The notes beneath the pieces were generated by a model that did no database searches, was not told where the DNA came from, and worked only from the letters and a program-made list of their open reading frames with translations. From an uncultured Methanomassiliicoccales archaeon (GTDB lineage: Archaea > Thermoplasmatota > Thermoplasmata > Methanomassiliicoccales > Methanomethylophilaceae), in assembly GCA_949295765.1 (NCBI GenBank), contig CASFMM010000004.1:19252-83251 (forward strand): a stretch of 64,000 bases of DNA, given 5' to 3'. Below, piece by piece: positions 10,513 to 21,876 of this stretch. Position 1 is the stretch's first letter; the number at the start of each line of letters is the position of its first letter. Made by a program: the position numbers and the translations under genes.

Positions 10513-11440
10513 GCTCGTCCCCGTCCTGCTGGGCGATTTCGTCCAGGTCGTTCATGAGGATGGGCTCCGAGTCGCCTCCCTTGGACCTGGCGTGGGCCCA
10601 GGTCACGATCACGAGGATCAGTGCCAGCATAACCAGTCCGACGACCATCATCGAGTGGGCGATGTCCATCCCGAACAGGAACGACGGGTTGTTCTGGATC
10701 AGCGTCACCCCGTACGCCGTCCCCGATCCCGATTCGACGGTGATCGGCTCAGAGCTCTGGAACCCCCTGCAGCTCACCGTCAGGGTGTAGGTTCCGAAGG
10801 GGCAGTCCTCGAAGACGAAGTACCCGTTGGACCCGGACTTGGTGGTCTGGCTCACCCCGTCCTCCGAGACCACGATGATCGTGGCCCCCGACAGGCTGAA
10901 AGTCTCCCCGTCGGAGAATCCCTGGACGGTGCCGTAGATGATCCCGGTGGTGACCGCCATGACGATCGCGTGTAGTCCGCCGGCCTCGCCGGACATGGCG
11001 TAGCGCCCCTCGTCGTCGACGGCGGACTGCGCCGGGTCGAAGCTCACGAAGCCGTCGTCGTCCATGTCCATGCTGTCCGGCAGGGACCTGACCATGTATC
11101 CGGGATACTCGAACGTGAGGTAGTACGTGTCCCCGTCGGCGTGCAGGAACGTGAACTCGAACCTCCCCGCGGAGTCGGTCTTCACAGGGTTCGTGCCCGC
11201 GGACGGCTCGACGATGTTCTTGTCGGAGTCGTACAGGGTCACCTGAACGTCCTGCAGGGGCGTGTTCTCCTCCTGGTCGGAAAGGTTGGCGATGTACCCA
11301 TAGGCGGTGACCTCCCTCTCGGCCGGCTCGACGGGCGTGTCGCCTCCGGGTGCCGCGGACGCGGTCGCGGCGGCGAACGGTACGGCCAGCATAAGCGCTA
11401 GGGCGAGAAGAACAGCCAGTCTGCCGCCGGAGGGACTCAT
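10499..11440 (-). CDS. Secreted, C-terminally anchored protein with carboxypeptidase-regulatory-like (prealbumin-fold) domains
   Basis: Signal-peptide-like N-terminus; two units with V.L.D....V...TDS.G.F.F and T.S.SNGYF.F...P.GTYTLTVS..GF; C-terminal TM. Confidence 0.7.
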   Translation of the reverse strand: MSPSGGRLAVLLALALMLAVPFAAATASAAPGGDTPVEPAEREVTAYGYIANLSDQEENTPLQDVQVTLYDSDKNIVEPSAGTNPVKTDSAGRFEFTFLHADGDTYYLTFEYPGYMVRSLPDSMDMDDDGFVSFDPAQSAVDDEGRYAMSGEAGGLHAIVMAVTTGIIYGTVQGFSDGETFSLSGATIIVVSEDGVSQTTKSGSNGYFVFEDCPFGTYTLTVSCRGFQSSEPITVESGSGTAYGVTLIQNNPSFLFGMDIAHSMMVVGLVMLALILVIVTWAHARSKGGDSEPILMNDLDEIAQQDGDELRRP

Positions 11441-11554
11441 GCCCTGTGAATCCCCTCATCGTTAATAAGGAGTGTGTGCGGGCGCTCGGAACCCGCGTCA
11501 CCTGGGCCCTTCTCGTAACCCTTAAATCGCACCCCCTCATGGGGCTTCCGATTA

Positions 11555-14500
11555 GTGATTGCGATGCTGGAGAGGGTTGACAGGACTTACACCAAGGACG
11601 AGGTCATGGGGCTCATGGAGCCGCTCATATCCACATGGTTCAACGAGAGGTTCGACGATCTGACGATACCGCAGGCGAAGGCGATCCCCGTCATCCACCA
11701 GAGGAGGAACGTCCTCGTCTCGTCGCCCACCGGCTCCGGGAAGACCCTCACCGCGTTCACCAGCATCATCAACGAGCTCACCCGTTACTCCAGGGAGGGC
11801 ACCCTGGAGGAGAGGGTGTACTGCATCTACGTCTCCCCGCTGAAGGCCCTGGCCAACGACGTCAACCGCAACCTCAACACCCCGCTGGCGGAGATGAGGG
11901 AGGTCGCAGCCGCCCACGGCATGGACATCCCGGACATCAGGGTGGCCGTGCGCTCGGGGGACACGCCCCAGAGCGAGAGGCAGAGGATGGTCCGCCACCC
12001 GCCGCACATCCTCATCACCACGCCGGAGAGCCTGGCGCTGATCCTCGCCGCCCCCAAGTTCAGGGAGGCCTTCAAGAAGGTCGAGTGGGTGATCCTCGAC
12101 GAGATCCACGACATCTGCGACTCCAAGAGGGGAGCCTTCCTGTCGCTCACGCTGGAGCGCCTGAGGCACCACTGCGACAACGACTTCGTCAGGATCGGGC
12201 TGTCGGCCACCCTCGCCCCGATCGAGGCCATCGCCGGGTACCTGGTGGGGTGCGAGCCGAACGGCGACGTGCGCGACGTGGTGCTCATCGAGTCCGGTTC
12301 GAAGAAGCAGCTGGACCTGAAGGTCATCTGCCCCACCGATGACATGACCACGCTGTCCTCGGACATAGTCAACTCCATGATGTACGACACCCTGAAGGAC
12401 CTGATCGACCAGCACGAGACCACGCTGGTCTTCACCAACACCAGGTCCGGTGCGGAGAGCGTCGTCTACAAGCTGAAGGAGCGCGGGCTGGAGAACATCG
12501 AGGTCCACCACAGCTCCCTCGGGAAGGAGATCAGGCTGGACGTGGAGGAGCGCCTCAAGAGGGGGGAGATCAAGTGCGTGGTGTCATCCACATCGCTGGA
12601 GCTCGGCATCGACATCGGCTCGGTGGACCTGGTCTGCCAGATCGGGTCTCCCAAGTCCGTCGCCAAGGGGCTGCAGAGGATCGGCCGCAGCGGGCACAGC
12701 TTCGGCAAGGTCGCCAAGGGGAGGCTGCTTGTATTCGACCCCGACGATCTGGTGGAGTGCGCCGTCATGTGCAGGGCCGCCCACCGCGGGGACATAGACA
12801 GGGTCGGCATCCCCGAGAACTGCCTGGACGTCCTGTCGCAGACCGTCGTCGGGATGAGCCTGGACAGCAGGTGGGACGCCAAGGAAGCGTACGAGAGGAC
12901 GACTTCGAGGGCGTGTACTCCAAGATATGGTACGACGAGGAGGAGGGGCAGTTCGGCAAGAAGAAGGGCTCCCGCATGATCTACTTCATGAACCTGGGTA
13001 CGATCCCCGAGGAGGCCAACTACCGCGTGGTCACCAACCACGGGTCCACCGCGGGGGAGCTCTCCGAGAAGTTCGTGGAGAGGCTCTCGCCCAGGGACGT
13101 CTTCGTCCTGGGAGGGAGGTCGTTCGAGTTCGTCCGCTCAAAGGGCATGACCGCCTACGTTAAGGAGGCCAACGGAAGGAAGCCCACGGTCCCGTCGTGG
13201 GCGGGGGAGATGCTGCCCAGGAGCTTCGACCTGTCCATGGACATCGCCGAGTTCAGGAGGGAGATGGCGTCCAGGATCGACGAGCCGGACGCCCAGGCAA
13301 TATCCGAGCTGGTGAGCGACTTCGACGTGGACGAGGGGTCCGCCCGCAGCATACTGTCGTACTTCAGGGAGCAGGAGGCCGTCGCCGGGTTCATCCCGGA
13401 CTGCGACCGCCTCGCCGTCGAGGAGTACATCGACCCGTCCGGCAACCAGAAGCTGGTTTTCCACTTCCCCTTCGGCCGCAGGGTCAACGACGCACTGTCC
13501 AGGGCGTACGCCTACAGGATGACCGGCACGATCGGTGCCAACGTCTCCGTCACCATATCCGACGACAGCTTCATGCTCGGATGCCCCAGGAAGTTCGACC
13601 TGGCGCAGATCCCCGGGCTCATAAGGGCGGGGGAGCTGGAGCAGGTGCTCCGCAGGTCGATCAAGGACTCCGAGATATTCAAGCTCAGGTTCAGGCACAC
13701 CGCCGCCCGCAGCTTCATGATCCTCAGGAACTACATGGGGAGGCCGATCTCGGTCAACAGGCAGCAGATTCGCTCCACGTACCTGCTGGAGATGCTGGGC
13801 GACATGGAGAGGGTCCCCGTCATCGAGGAGACCTACCGCGAGGTCCTGGAGGACGACATGGACATCAGGAACGCGCAGCTGGTCCTGGACATGATCGACT
13901 CCGGCAGGATGGGCCTGGAGCTCATACACTACACCGGCACCCCGTCGCCGTTCGCCCACTCCGCCATCCTGTCCGGGTTCTCGGACATCGTCCTCATGGA
14001 GGACAGGTCCGCCCTGCTCAGGGAGCTGCACAGGAAGGTGCTGTACAGGGCGCTGGGCGACTCCGTCAGCGAGTTCGAGTTCACGGAGGACCAGGTGATC
14101 CCCTACTTCGCGCAGAAGCCCCCGAGGATCATGTCCAAGTCGGACATCCCGAAGCTCCTGGCCGTCACCGGCCCGCTGCAGGCCATGCGCGAGAGGGGCA
14201 GGAACATCTACTCCTATTCCGACGAGGACAAGAAGACCCTGGACGGATGGGTCAGGGAGCTCATCAGGGAGGGCGTCATCGGCACGGTCTTCCTGGACGA
14301 GACGCACATCATGAACATCGAGGAGGTCCCGTACTACGCCGCGGCCACCCGCAGGGAGAGGGAGCTCAACGACACCGACCGGGCAGTCTACGACCGCATC
14401 GGGCAGAACACGGCCATGAGCGAGATCACCGCCGACCTGGAGATCTCCGAGGACGTGACGTTCAGGTCGGTCAGGAAGCTGGAGTCCATGTACCTGATAA

Positions 14501-16854
14501 CCAGGACGGACGTCACCGGCAACAACAGGTGGTTCTTCTCCAGGGTCAGGTACCCCGAGGTGGACAGGAGGAGGGCGGTGGACCGCATCGTGCTCCGCTA
14601 CCTGGAGTGCTTCGCCCCGGCCACCGTGCAGGAGGTGGCCTTCGCGCTGTCGGTATCCGACGAGGACGCGAGGGCGTCCCTGGAATCTCTGGTCGCGGCG
14701 GAGGAGGTGGCCAAGGGCCGCTTCCTGATCTCCGAGGACGACCAGTACATGCTTAAGATCGACCACATGAGGCTCAAGGCCGGCAGGGACAACGTCTACG
14801 ACTACGAGACCGTCGAGCGCTACCGCCTGACCAAGGGGGAGAGCTTCGACAGCATCCGCGACTTCTTCGAGTTCTACGGCTCCGCCGGCAGCGAGCTCGA
14901 CGTGTACACCAGGGTGAAGGGGTTCGACCTCTCCGAGTGGTACTCCATGAGGGAGTCCGGGGAGCTGCTTCTGGGGAGGTTCGTCAGGGGCAGGGTCAGG
15001 TACGTCCTCAGGGACGAGGGCGACCGCTACGCCGCCCTGAGGCACGAGGAGGTCACCGACACCGACCGCAGGGTGCTGAACATGATAGACGGTATGGAGC
15101 GCGCCACCATGAGGCAGCTCGTGGCGGCCACAGGCATGGAGAAGGACGACGTCAAGGAGTCGATCATGCGCCTGGACCGCTCCCTGCTGGTCATCCGCGA
15201 CTTCGACGAGAGGGAGGACTGGGGGACGGAGAACACCTACGCCGTCTACCGTCCCGCGGATCCCGGGGACGAGCCCGCAAGGGCGCTGGTCCGCAGGGCC
15301 GTCAGGGCGTACGGGCCCATACCTGTCGCGTCGATGAGGTACCTGGTGGACATCCCGCTGGACGAGATCGAGAGGCTCGCCGCCGAGGAGGGCGCGGCCA
15401 CCATCTCCGTGGGCGAGGGCCAGGTGCCGATGCTGGTCATGAAGGACGAGCTCCCGGCCCTCGAGAGGGTGCCCGAGCAGGAGTTCCCCGTCAGGGTCCT
15501 CTCGCTGTACGACCCCGACCTGGGCTCCAAGTGGGCGGAGATCTCATCCCGCTACGGCGACAAGTGGATCTACCCGCTGGTCCGCGGCGACACCGTGGTC
15601 GGCGCCCTGGAGCTGTGGGAGATGTCCGGATGCATAGAGGTCCGCGGCATGGACCTGGACTCGCCGGAGCTGCTCCCCGAGGCGCTGGACGCCATCGACG
15701 TGATGATGGGCTTCTTCAGGATGAAGGGCACGGACATCGTGCGCATCCGCGAGATCCTCAACACCGACGCGGAGAAGCTGGACGAATCCATGGTGAAGGT
15801 CCTGGAATCACGCGACTACCACTTCGTGAACGGGTTCTACGCCAGGGGCAGGTTCGTGCCCTGGACCATGTCCGAGCAGGAGATGCTCAGCTACGTGTTC
15901 GGGAAGCAGCGCGTCCCGAGGAACGAGAGGTACCAGACCGTATCGGAGGCGATGGAGTCCCGCGGGTACATACGCGGGGACCAGGAGCTGATGGTCCGCG
16001 TGGCCGAGAGGACCACCATGAAGAGGCAGATGGAGCGCGGAGGTATCGTGAAGATGGTCCTGTCCCCGGCGTACGTGGGGTACACGACCATGGCCATGGC
16101 CCAGGTCTACAGGGCGGAGAAGGGCTACGAGCCCGGAAGGCACGCCAGGGACCTGCTGAAGCTGATATCCAAGAAGCAGCCCGCCACCAAGAAGGAGATC
16201 GTGACGGACTCGCCGTTCTCCCCGGAGACCACATCCGAGCTGCTGTCGGAGCTCTCCAAGGCGTCAGTGCTCTATCAGGACGGCGACGGGCGCTACAACA
16301 TCGTGCCGGACAACGGCATGGACAGGCACGAGGCCCAGAAGGAGTTGGTCCGCATGCACTTCCGCGACTTCGGTATGTTCTCGGCGGAGACCCTGTCCCA
16401 GTTCGTCGGGGGCAGGATGGTGGTGACCAGGACGATACTGAGGGAGCTGGAGGACGAGGGCTTCCTGAGCAAGGGCTTCCTCGTCAGGGACGACCCCACG
16501 CTGTACTGGATCCTGTCCGGGGACGTGGGCGTCAAGCCGTCCAGGGTCCTGGACAACTTCGTGCTGAACTCCCAGGACAACCTGCACATCTACCTGCGCA
16601 ACATGATCAAGGGGGAGACCGGCGCCGGTGCCAACTCCGCGATATTCAGCGGAACCCGCATCGTGGGCAGCTTCAAGGGCAAGGTCTGCGCCTCCGGGGC
16701 GAAGGTGGAGGAGTTCCAGGGCTCTGACAGGGCGGCCAGGATCCTCAAGGAGGCGGCCCAGTCCGTGGGCGTCAGCCTGGAGACGCAGAGGCAACGCGAC
16801 GACGATGACTGGGACGTGTCCGAGTTCTACCTGAAGGTCAACACGGGGGCCTGA
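11555..16854 (+). pseudogene. lhr: Long Lhr-family SF2 helicase with extended winged-helix C-terminus, split by a frameshift at ~12895
   Basis: ORF 11555..12979 has PTGSGKT, DEIH, GLSAT and SLELGID.G...LQRIGRSGH. ORF 12574..16854 continues in another frame with IYFMNLGTIPEE, SEKFVERL..GD.FVLGG and PSWAGE.L.RS. Confidence 0.8.
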
Positions 16855-16913
16855 ACACCCTTCTCCGCAAGGGGGACAACGCCGTTAAATAGTAGGATTG
16901 TCTAGTCCGGTGC

Positions 16914-17300
16914 ATGAAGATACCGTGCGAGATAGTGGTCTGGTACGTTCTGCCCATGATACGCAGAGAGGTCTCCAAGGAACTCGTCTACACCCATGGG
17001 ATGACCCAGGCCGAGGTCGCCCGCAGGTTCGGCGTGACCGACGCCGCCATCTCGCAGTACCTCAAGAAGAAGAGGGGAGGGAACTCCCTCGTGGATGACA
17101 ACCCCCTGTACCCCGAGTTCCAGGAGGAGGTCAGGATCTCCGCGGCCAAGATCGCCGAGGACAAGAGCGACTTCGCCACCGAGATGTGCAGGCTCTGCTG
17201 CGTCGTCAAGAAGACCGGGCTGCTGGCCATAATCTACAAGGCCCAGACCGGCAGCGTCCCGCCCGTCTGCGGAGGGTCCGCAGCCGACGAGACTGCCTGA
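16914..17300 (+). CDS. Archaeal HTH transcriptional regulator with Cys-rich tail
   Basis: PCEIVVWYVLP.IR..V...L.....MTQAEVARRFGVTDAAISQYL..KRG. Confidence 0.8.
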   Translation: MKIPCEIVVWYVLPMIRREVSKELVYTHGMTQAEVARRFGVTDAAISQYLKKKRGGNSLVDDNPLYPEFQEEVRISAAKIAEDKSDFATEMCRLCCVVKKTGLLAIIYKAQTGSVPPVCGGSAADETA

Positions 17301-17305
17301 TCCCG

Positions 17306-18103
17306 TCATTCTATGAACTCGCGGTGGTACAGGAACTCCTGGGCGTACCCGGCGTACCTTCCGAACTTCTCGCGCCCGTACCGGGAGACCACCTTGTACG
17401 AGCCGGTGACCCCGTAGAGCTCCTCCATGGACTTCTGTATCCTTGCGTCCACGGGGAACGCCTCCAGGTGCCCGTAGGCGAAGAGCGCGACGCAGTCGGC
17501 CACCTTCGGACCCACGCCCTTGATGCCGATCAGCTCCTCCACGCACCTTTCGTAATCGAGCTCGGCTATGGCCTCCGGGTCTACCTCTCCGTCCTCGACG
17601 CGCTGTGCCAGTTCGATGAACCTCTGCTCCCTGAAGCCCAGCCTGCACTCGCAGACGCGGTCGGCCCCGTCGAGGATCTGGGAGGGCGTGGGGAAGGCGT
17701 GCCTGGCGCCCAGGTCGTCCCCGAAGAGGTCGCAGACGGACTCCACCATCTTCCCTATGCGGGCGACGTTGGCGTTGGTCGCGAGGAGGTATGTGGCGAG
17801 GCACTCCCAGTGCGGCTGGCGCAGGATGCGGAGTCCGGGGCAGTGCGCCGACAGCGATGCGACGTACTCATCCCTTGATGATATGTCCGCCACGATCCCG
17901 GCGAGGTCGTCCTCGGCCCTGAAGTAGTCCCTGAGGCGGGACAGGTCCGAGCACCCCTCGACCTCCGCACCGTATTCGGTCTGCCTCATCCTGACCACGT
18001 CCCTTCCAAGGACGCCGGTCCAGACGTCGCCCTCCTTCCTCCAGCGGTGCGCCTGGCCGCATCCGAGCGTAGGGTCCAGGGAAACCTCGAGTTCCAGCCT
18101 CAT
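17306..18103 (-). CDS. 8-oxoguanine DNA glycosylase (OGG1-like, HhH-GPD)
   Basis: TL.CGQAHRW, GLRILRQPHWECL, FPTP.QI, HhH IKGVGPKVADCVALF, FPVD, YAGYAQEFLY. Confidence 0.88.
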   Translation of the reverse strand: MRLELEVSLDPTLGCGQAHRWRKEGDVWTGVLGRDVVRMRQTEYGAEVEGCSDLSRLRDYFRAEDDLAGIVADISSRDEYVASLSAHCPGLRILRQPHWECLATYLLATNANVARIGKMVESVCDLFGDDLGARHAFPTPSQILDGADRVCECRLGFREQRFIELAQRVEDGEVDPEAIAELDYERCVEELIGIKGVGPKVADCVALFAYGHLEAFPVDARIQKSMEELYGVTGSYKVVSRYGREKFGRYAGYAQEFLYHREFIE

Positions 18104-18230
18104 GGACGGCCTATGTGCGTTCCGCGCTCAAAAACATTGATTTGTCGAACAGTCAGCGACGGGCCCTCAACGCATGGTGTCATCGGTTCCGCTCACAACA
18201 CTTAACATCGTGAACTCATTACGGGCATCC

Positions 18231-19040
18231 ATGAGATTCGGTCCCGCTGGTTACCCCTCGGCAGGCAAGACGCCCGAGGGTTCGTTGGAGTACACGAGGA
18301 GCCTCGGTCTGGACGCCCTCGAGGTGGAGTTCGTCCGCGGCGCGAGGATCAAGCCCGAGAGGGCGCAGGAGGTCGGAGCCAAGGCCAAGGCCCTGGACAT
18401 CAGGCTGAGCTGCCACGCGCCCTACTTCATCAGCTTCAACTCGGACTCCGACGAGACCAGGGAGAAGAGCATCGGATGGGTCATGGACACCGCCAGGGCC
18501 GCGCACAACCTCGGCGCCTACATCATCGTCATCCACGCCGCCTCCTACGGCAAGTCCCCGGAGACCGCCCTCCCCAACGTCATAGCCGGGCTCTCGAAGT
18601 GCAAGGACATGCTCGACGACGAGGGCATCAGGGACGTCATCCTCGGAGTGGAGACCATGGGCAAGCTCGGCCAGTTCGGCACCCTCGACGAGATCGGCAA
18701 GGTCATGGAGAGCGTCGACGGCGTCCGCCCCGTGCTCGACGTCGCCCACGTCCACGCGAGGGGCCACGGGTTCCTCAAGACGGAGCAGGACATGAGGGAG
18801 CTCACGGACCAGTTCTTCTCGCTCGCCGGTGACATAGCGCACTTCCACATCAGCTGCATCAAGTACGGCGACAAGGGCGAGATCTCCCACCTCCCGCTGG
18901 AGACGAAGGATCCGGACCTCCAGCTCCTGGCAAACGTCCTCCAGGACTCCAAGCAGGAGTGCACGTTCATCTGCGAATCCCCGCTCATCGAGAAGGACGC
19001 GGTGGTCTTCAGGGACATGTTCCCCCAGTACCGCGCCTGA
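18231..19040 (+). CDS. nfo: Endonuclease IV (AP endonuclease family 2, TIM barrel)
   Basis: ATG at 18231; MRFGPAG, HAPYFISFNS, VIHAA.Y, GVETMGK..QFGTL.E, DVAHVHAR, HFHIS.I, H..L, ICESP. Confidence 0.88.
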   Translation: MRFGPAGYPSAGKTPEGSLEYTRSLGLDALEVEFVRGARIKPERAQEVGAKAKALDIRLSCHAPYFISFNSDSDETREKSIGWVMDTARAAHNLGAYIIVIHAASYGKSPETALPNVIAGLSKCKDMLDDEGIRDVILGVETMGKLGQFGTLDEIGKVMESVDGVRPVLDVAHVHARGHGFLKTEQDMRELTDQFFSLAGDIAHFHISCIKYGDKGEISHLPLETKDPDLQLLANVLQDSKQECTFICESPLIEKDAVVFRDMFPQYRA

Positions 19041-19073
19041 TTCCGTTAAATCGGTGACTGCGATACGGTACGC

Positions 19074-20045
19074 ATGAATGCGAACAACGTCAAGATGATG
19101 GCGGCAGCGGCCGTCGTCATCGTGATATGCCTGCTGTTCTCATGGGTGCAGTACGGTGGCGACTCCGGGGACGATCCTGAGCAGGAGGAGTCCTTCGAGG
19201 GCGTCTGGTACCCCGTTTACACCTACAACTCGGGCATCACCGGTGAGATCGCCGCCCCCGAGCAGCTCACAGCCTCCGTCGCGGACGGAGTGGTCAGCAT
19301 CGCCGACGGGGAGACCACACTGGCTTTCCCGATGGTCTCCGACTGCGAGGCCGTGTCCGAGAGGGACGGTGTCGGGTATCAGCTCTATCTCGAGGACGGC
19401 ATCCTGTATCTGATCATGATCTTCGACGACCGCGACATGAGCGGGATCGTGTACATGGCCATGTCCAGGGACTCGACAGCGACGCTCCCCAGCGACAAGG
19501 TGGACCTCTCCGGAACGACCATGGATATGACCGGGGCCGTGAGCAATGGCGTCGAATTCAACAACGGAGGCCAGGTGACCTTCGCGGTCGACAGCCACGC
19601 GTTCCATGTGGCCAAGGGCACCATCGTGTCGGAGGACAGGTCATACGAGTTCACGGGATTCGTGAAGAGCGACGGATCCAGGTCCGTCATCATCGGATGC
19701 TGCACCGGCGCCGACGGCTCCACGGGCATCATCAACGCCGTGGTCGAGGGAGGCGAGGGCGCCTTCTCCTTCAACGACGGATACGCCTACATGTACGGAG
19801 GACAGACCTCGGGAATGACCACCAGCCTCGTCGACGGCACCATAGACGTCGTGACATCCTTCGAGACCCTTGTGTTCGAAGTCGATGTCGAGGGATGTCT
19901 CGCGAACGTCATGAACGAGCTCGGCTACTTCCCCGGAGCGGTCATGTGGACCCTCGGGGACGACTGCCTGCTGTTCGGGTACGGGTCGGTCGCGGCCTTC
20001 GACGGCTCCGAATACGTCTTCGTGCTGAACAAGATGGTGGCCTGA
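19074..20045 (+). CDS. Hypothetical membrane-anchored beta-rich exported protein
   Basis: N-terminal hydrophobic helix, acidic beta-strand-rich body, host-like codon usage. Confidence 0.6.
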   Translation: MNANNVKMMAAAAVVIVICLLFSWVQYGGDSGDDPEQEESFEGVWYPVYTYNSGITGEIAAPEQLTASVADGVVSIADGETTLAFPMVSDCEAVSERDGVGYQLYLEDGILYLIMIFDDRDMSGIVYMAMSRDSTATLPSDKVDLSGTTMDMTGAVSNGVEFNNGGQVTFAVDSHAFHVAKGTIVSEDRSYEFTGFVKSDGSRSVIIGCCTGADGSTGIINAVVEGGEGAFSFNDGYAYMYGGQTSGMTTSLVDGTIDVVTSFETLVFEVDVEGCLANVMNELGYFPGAVMWTLGDDCLLFGYGSVAAFDGSEYVFVLNKMVA

Positions 20046-20094
20046 GTTACCGGGTCATCATATTAAATACGGGGATTCTTTCCCCATCTTCAAT

Positions 20095-20169
20095 GCCACT
20101 GTGGCTCAGCGGTAGAGCGGCGGTTTCGTAAACCGTAGGCCGGGGGTTCGATCCCCTCCAGTGGCTCCA
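20095..20169 (+). tRNA. tRNA-Thr(CGT)
   Basis: GCCACTG/CAGTGGC acceptor stem; anticodon arm GCGGT-TTCGTAA-ACCGT; GGTTCGATCCC T-loop; encoded CCA; TATTAAATA upstream. Confidence 0.95.
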
Positions 20170-20344
20170 TCTTCTCCATCATTCTGTCATCCATGTTGTC
20201 ATACGCGCAGTCCGTTCGAATCGGAATGTGGAAGGTCCGATTCACAATGTGAATGAGGTATCAGAGGGTCAGCTCAACAGTGCCAGCACTGGAATTCACA
20301 GCACTCGGGGAGCGGATGCCGTCCACGGTGCGTAGATGAAGGCG

Positions 20345-20362
20345 GATGCGGGAATCCGCATC
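20345..20362 (-). terminator. Hairpin downstream of thiC
   Basis: GATGCGG-gaat-CCGCATC 7-bp stem just past the thiC stop. Confidence 0.4.
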
Positions 20363-20370
20363 AAGAGGGT

Positions 20371-21669
20371 TCAGCAGTCGTGCTTCCCGTCGCCGCCCTT
20401 GCTCATGTAAGTGTTGACGATCTTGATGGCGCAGACGTCGCCGCACATGGAGCATCCCTCGCTCTCCTCGGTGCATCCCCTGCACCTGTATCTGCGGGCC
20501 TTCTCCTCGTCGATGCATGTGTCGAACATGGTCTCCCAGTCGAGGGCCTTCCTGGCCTTCGCCATCCTCGTGTCGCGCTCCCTGCCGATGCCCCTGCAGA
20601 GGTCTCCGACGTGGGCGGCGATCTTCGATGCGATGACGCCCTCCCTCACATCGTCGACGTCCGGCAGCGAGAGGTGTTCCGCGGGTGTGAGGTAGCAGAG
20701 GAAGTCCGCTCCGTTCTGCGCCGCGACGGCGCCTCCGATGGCCCCGACTATGTGGTCGTATCCCGGTGCGATGTCCGTGACGAGCGGCCCCAGGACGTAG
20801 AACGGCGCATGGTCGCACATGCGCTTCTGGATCTGCATGTTCATGGGCACCTGGTCCAGCGGGACGTGTCCAGGACCCTCCACCATGCTCTGGACGCCCG
20901 CCTCGCGGGCCCTCCTGACGAGGTGACCGAGGGTCATGAGCTCGGTGATCTGCGCCTGGTCGGACGCGTCGTCGATGCATCCGGGCCTGAACCCGTCGCC
21001 CAGCGACAGGGTGAACTCGTACTTCCTGGCCATCTCGAGCAGGTAGTCGAAGTTCTTGTAGAGGGGGTTCTCCTCCCCGTTGTGGAGGATCCACGCGGTC
21101 AGGAATGACCCTCCCCTGGATACGACGTCGGTGATCCTCTGGCACTTCTCCAGCCAGCCGACGCTCTCCTTCGTGATGCCGCAGTGGACGGTCATGAAGT
21201 CCATCCCGTCCTTGGCGTGCTTCTCGATGCCGTTGAAGATGTCGTCTTCGGTCATCTCGACGACCGCGTTCCTCCTGGCGGCGGTGAGGCCGGTCTGGTA
21301 GATCGGCACGGAACCCATCATGACGGGGCACTCCTTCAGAAGCCTGGCTCTTATGGCGTCGATGTCGCCGCCGGTGCTGAGGTCCATGACGGCGTCAGCC
21401 CCGTACTTCAGGGCCACCTGCAGCTTCTGGAGCTCGGCGTCCAGGTCCACTATGTCCCTGGAGGTGCCCAGGTTGACGTTGATCTTGACGGAAAGCCCCT
21501 CTCCAATGGCTGCCGGTTCGGGGTCGTGCGCCGGGTTGCAGGGTGCGCAGATGCGTCCCGAGGCTATCCCGTTGCGGATGAACTCCGGGCTGACGTTCTC
21601 CTTCTCGGCGATCTTCTTCATCATCGGGGTGATCTCTCCCCTGCGGGCCGTCTCCATTATGGTGCTCAT
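20371..21669 (-). CDS. thiC: Phosphomethylpyrimidine synthase ThiC
   Basis: Likely start MSTIMETARRG; KINVNLGTS, MDLSTGGD, TVHCG, VSRGGS, LSLGDGFRPG, MVEGPGHVP, PFYVLGPLVTDIAPGYDH, CSMCGDVCA. Confidence 0.95.
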   Translation of the reverse strand: MSTIMETARRGEITPMMKKIAEKENVSPEFIRNGIASGRICAPCNPAHDPEPAAIGEGLSVKINVNLGTSRDIVDLDAELQKLQVALKYGADAVMDLSTGGDIDAIRARLLKECPVMMGSVPIYQTGLTAARRNAVVEMTEDDIFNGIEKHAKDGMDFMTVHCGITKESVGWLEKCQRITDVVSRGGSFLTAWILHNGEENPLYKNFDYLLEMARKYEFTLSLGDGFRPGCIDDASDQAQITELMTLGHLVRRAREAGVQSMVEGPGHVPLDQVPMNMQIQKRMCDHAPFYVLGPLVTDIAPGYDHIVGAIGGAVAAQNGADFLCYLTPAEHLSLPDVDDVREGVIASKIAAHVGDLCRGIGRERDTRMAKARKALDWETMFDTCIDEEKARRYRCRGCTEESEGCSMCGDVCAIKIVNTYMSKGGDGKHDC

Positions 21670-21876
21670 TGCGGATCGCATCCGTATCTTCCGAGCCAGG
21701 CTTAATACTTGACCGAGACCGAACGCCGTTCCCTCAGGGTTTTCGACATCGATCGGGCCCATGTGCGGCACCAGTGGCGACAAAACGCCCCCATCCACAT
21801 CATGTCGGTCGATCCGACGGCCTTAGAACCGATTCGAGGGCAAACGGCCTGAGGCTGATCATCTAAGTCCCTCTTA

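Noticed and set aside
21670-21870. TPP riboswitch upstream of thiC
   Set aside because: No CUGAGA / ACCUGA / UAAUGC-AGCG core on the sense strand, and a TATA-like AGTATTAAG lies only ~30-40 nt from the ATG, leaving no room for one
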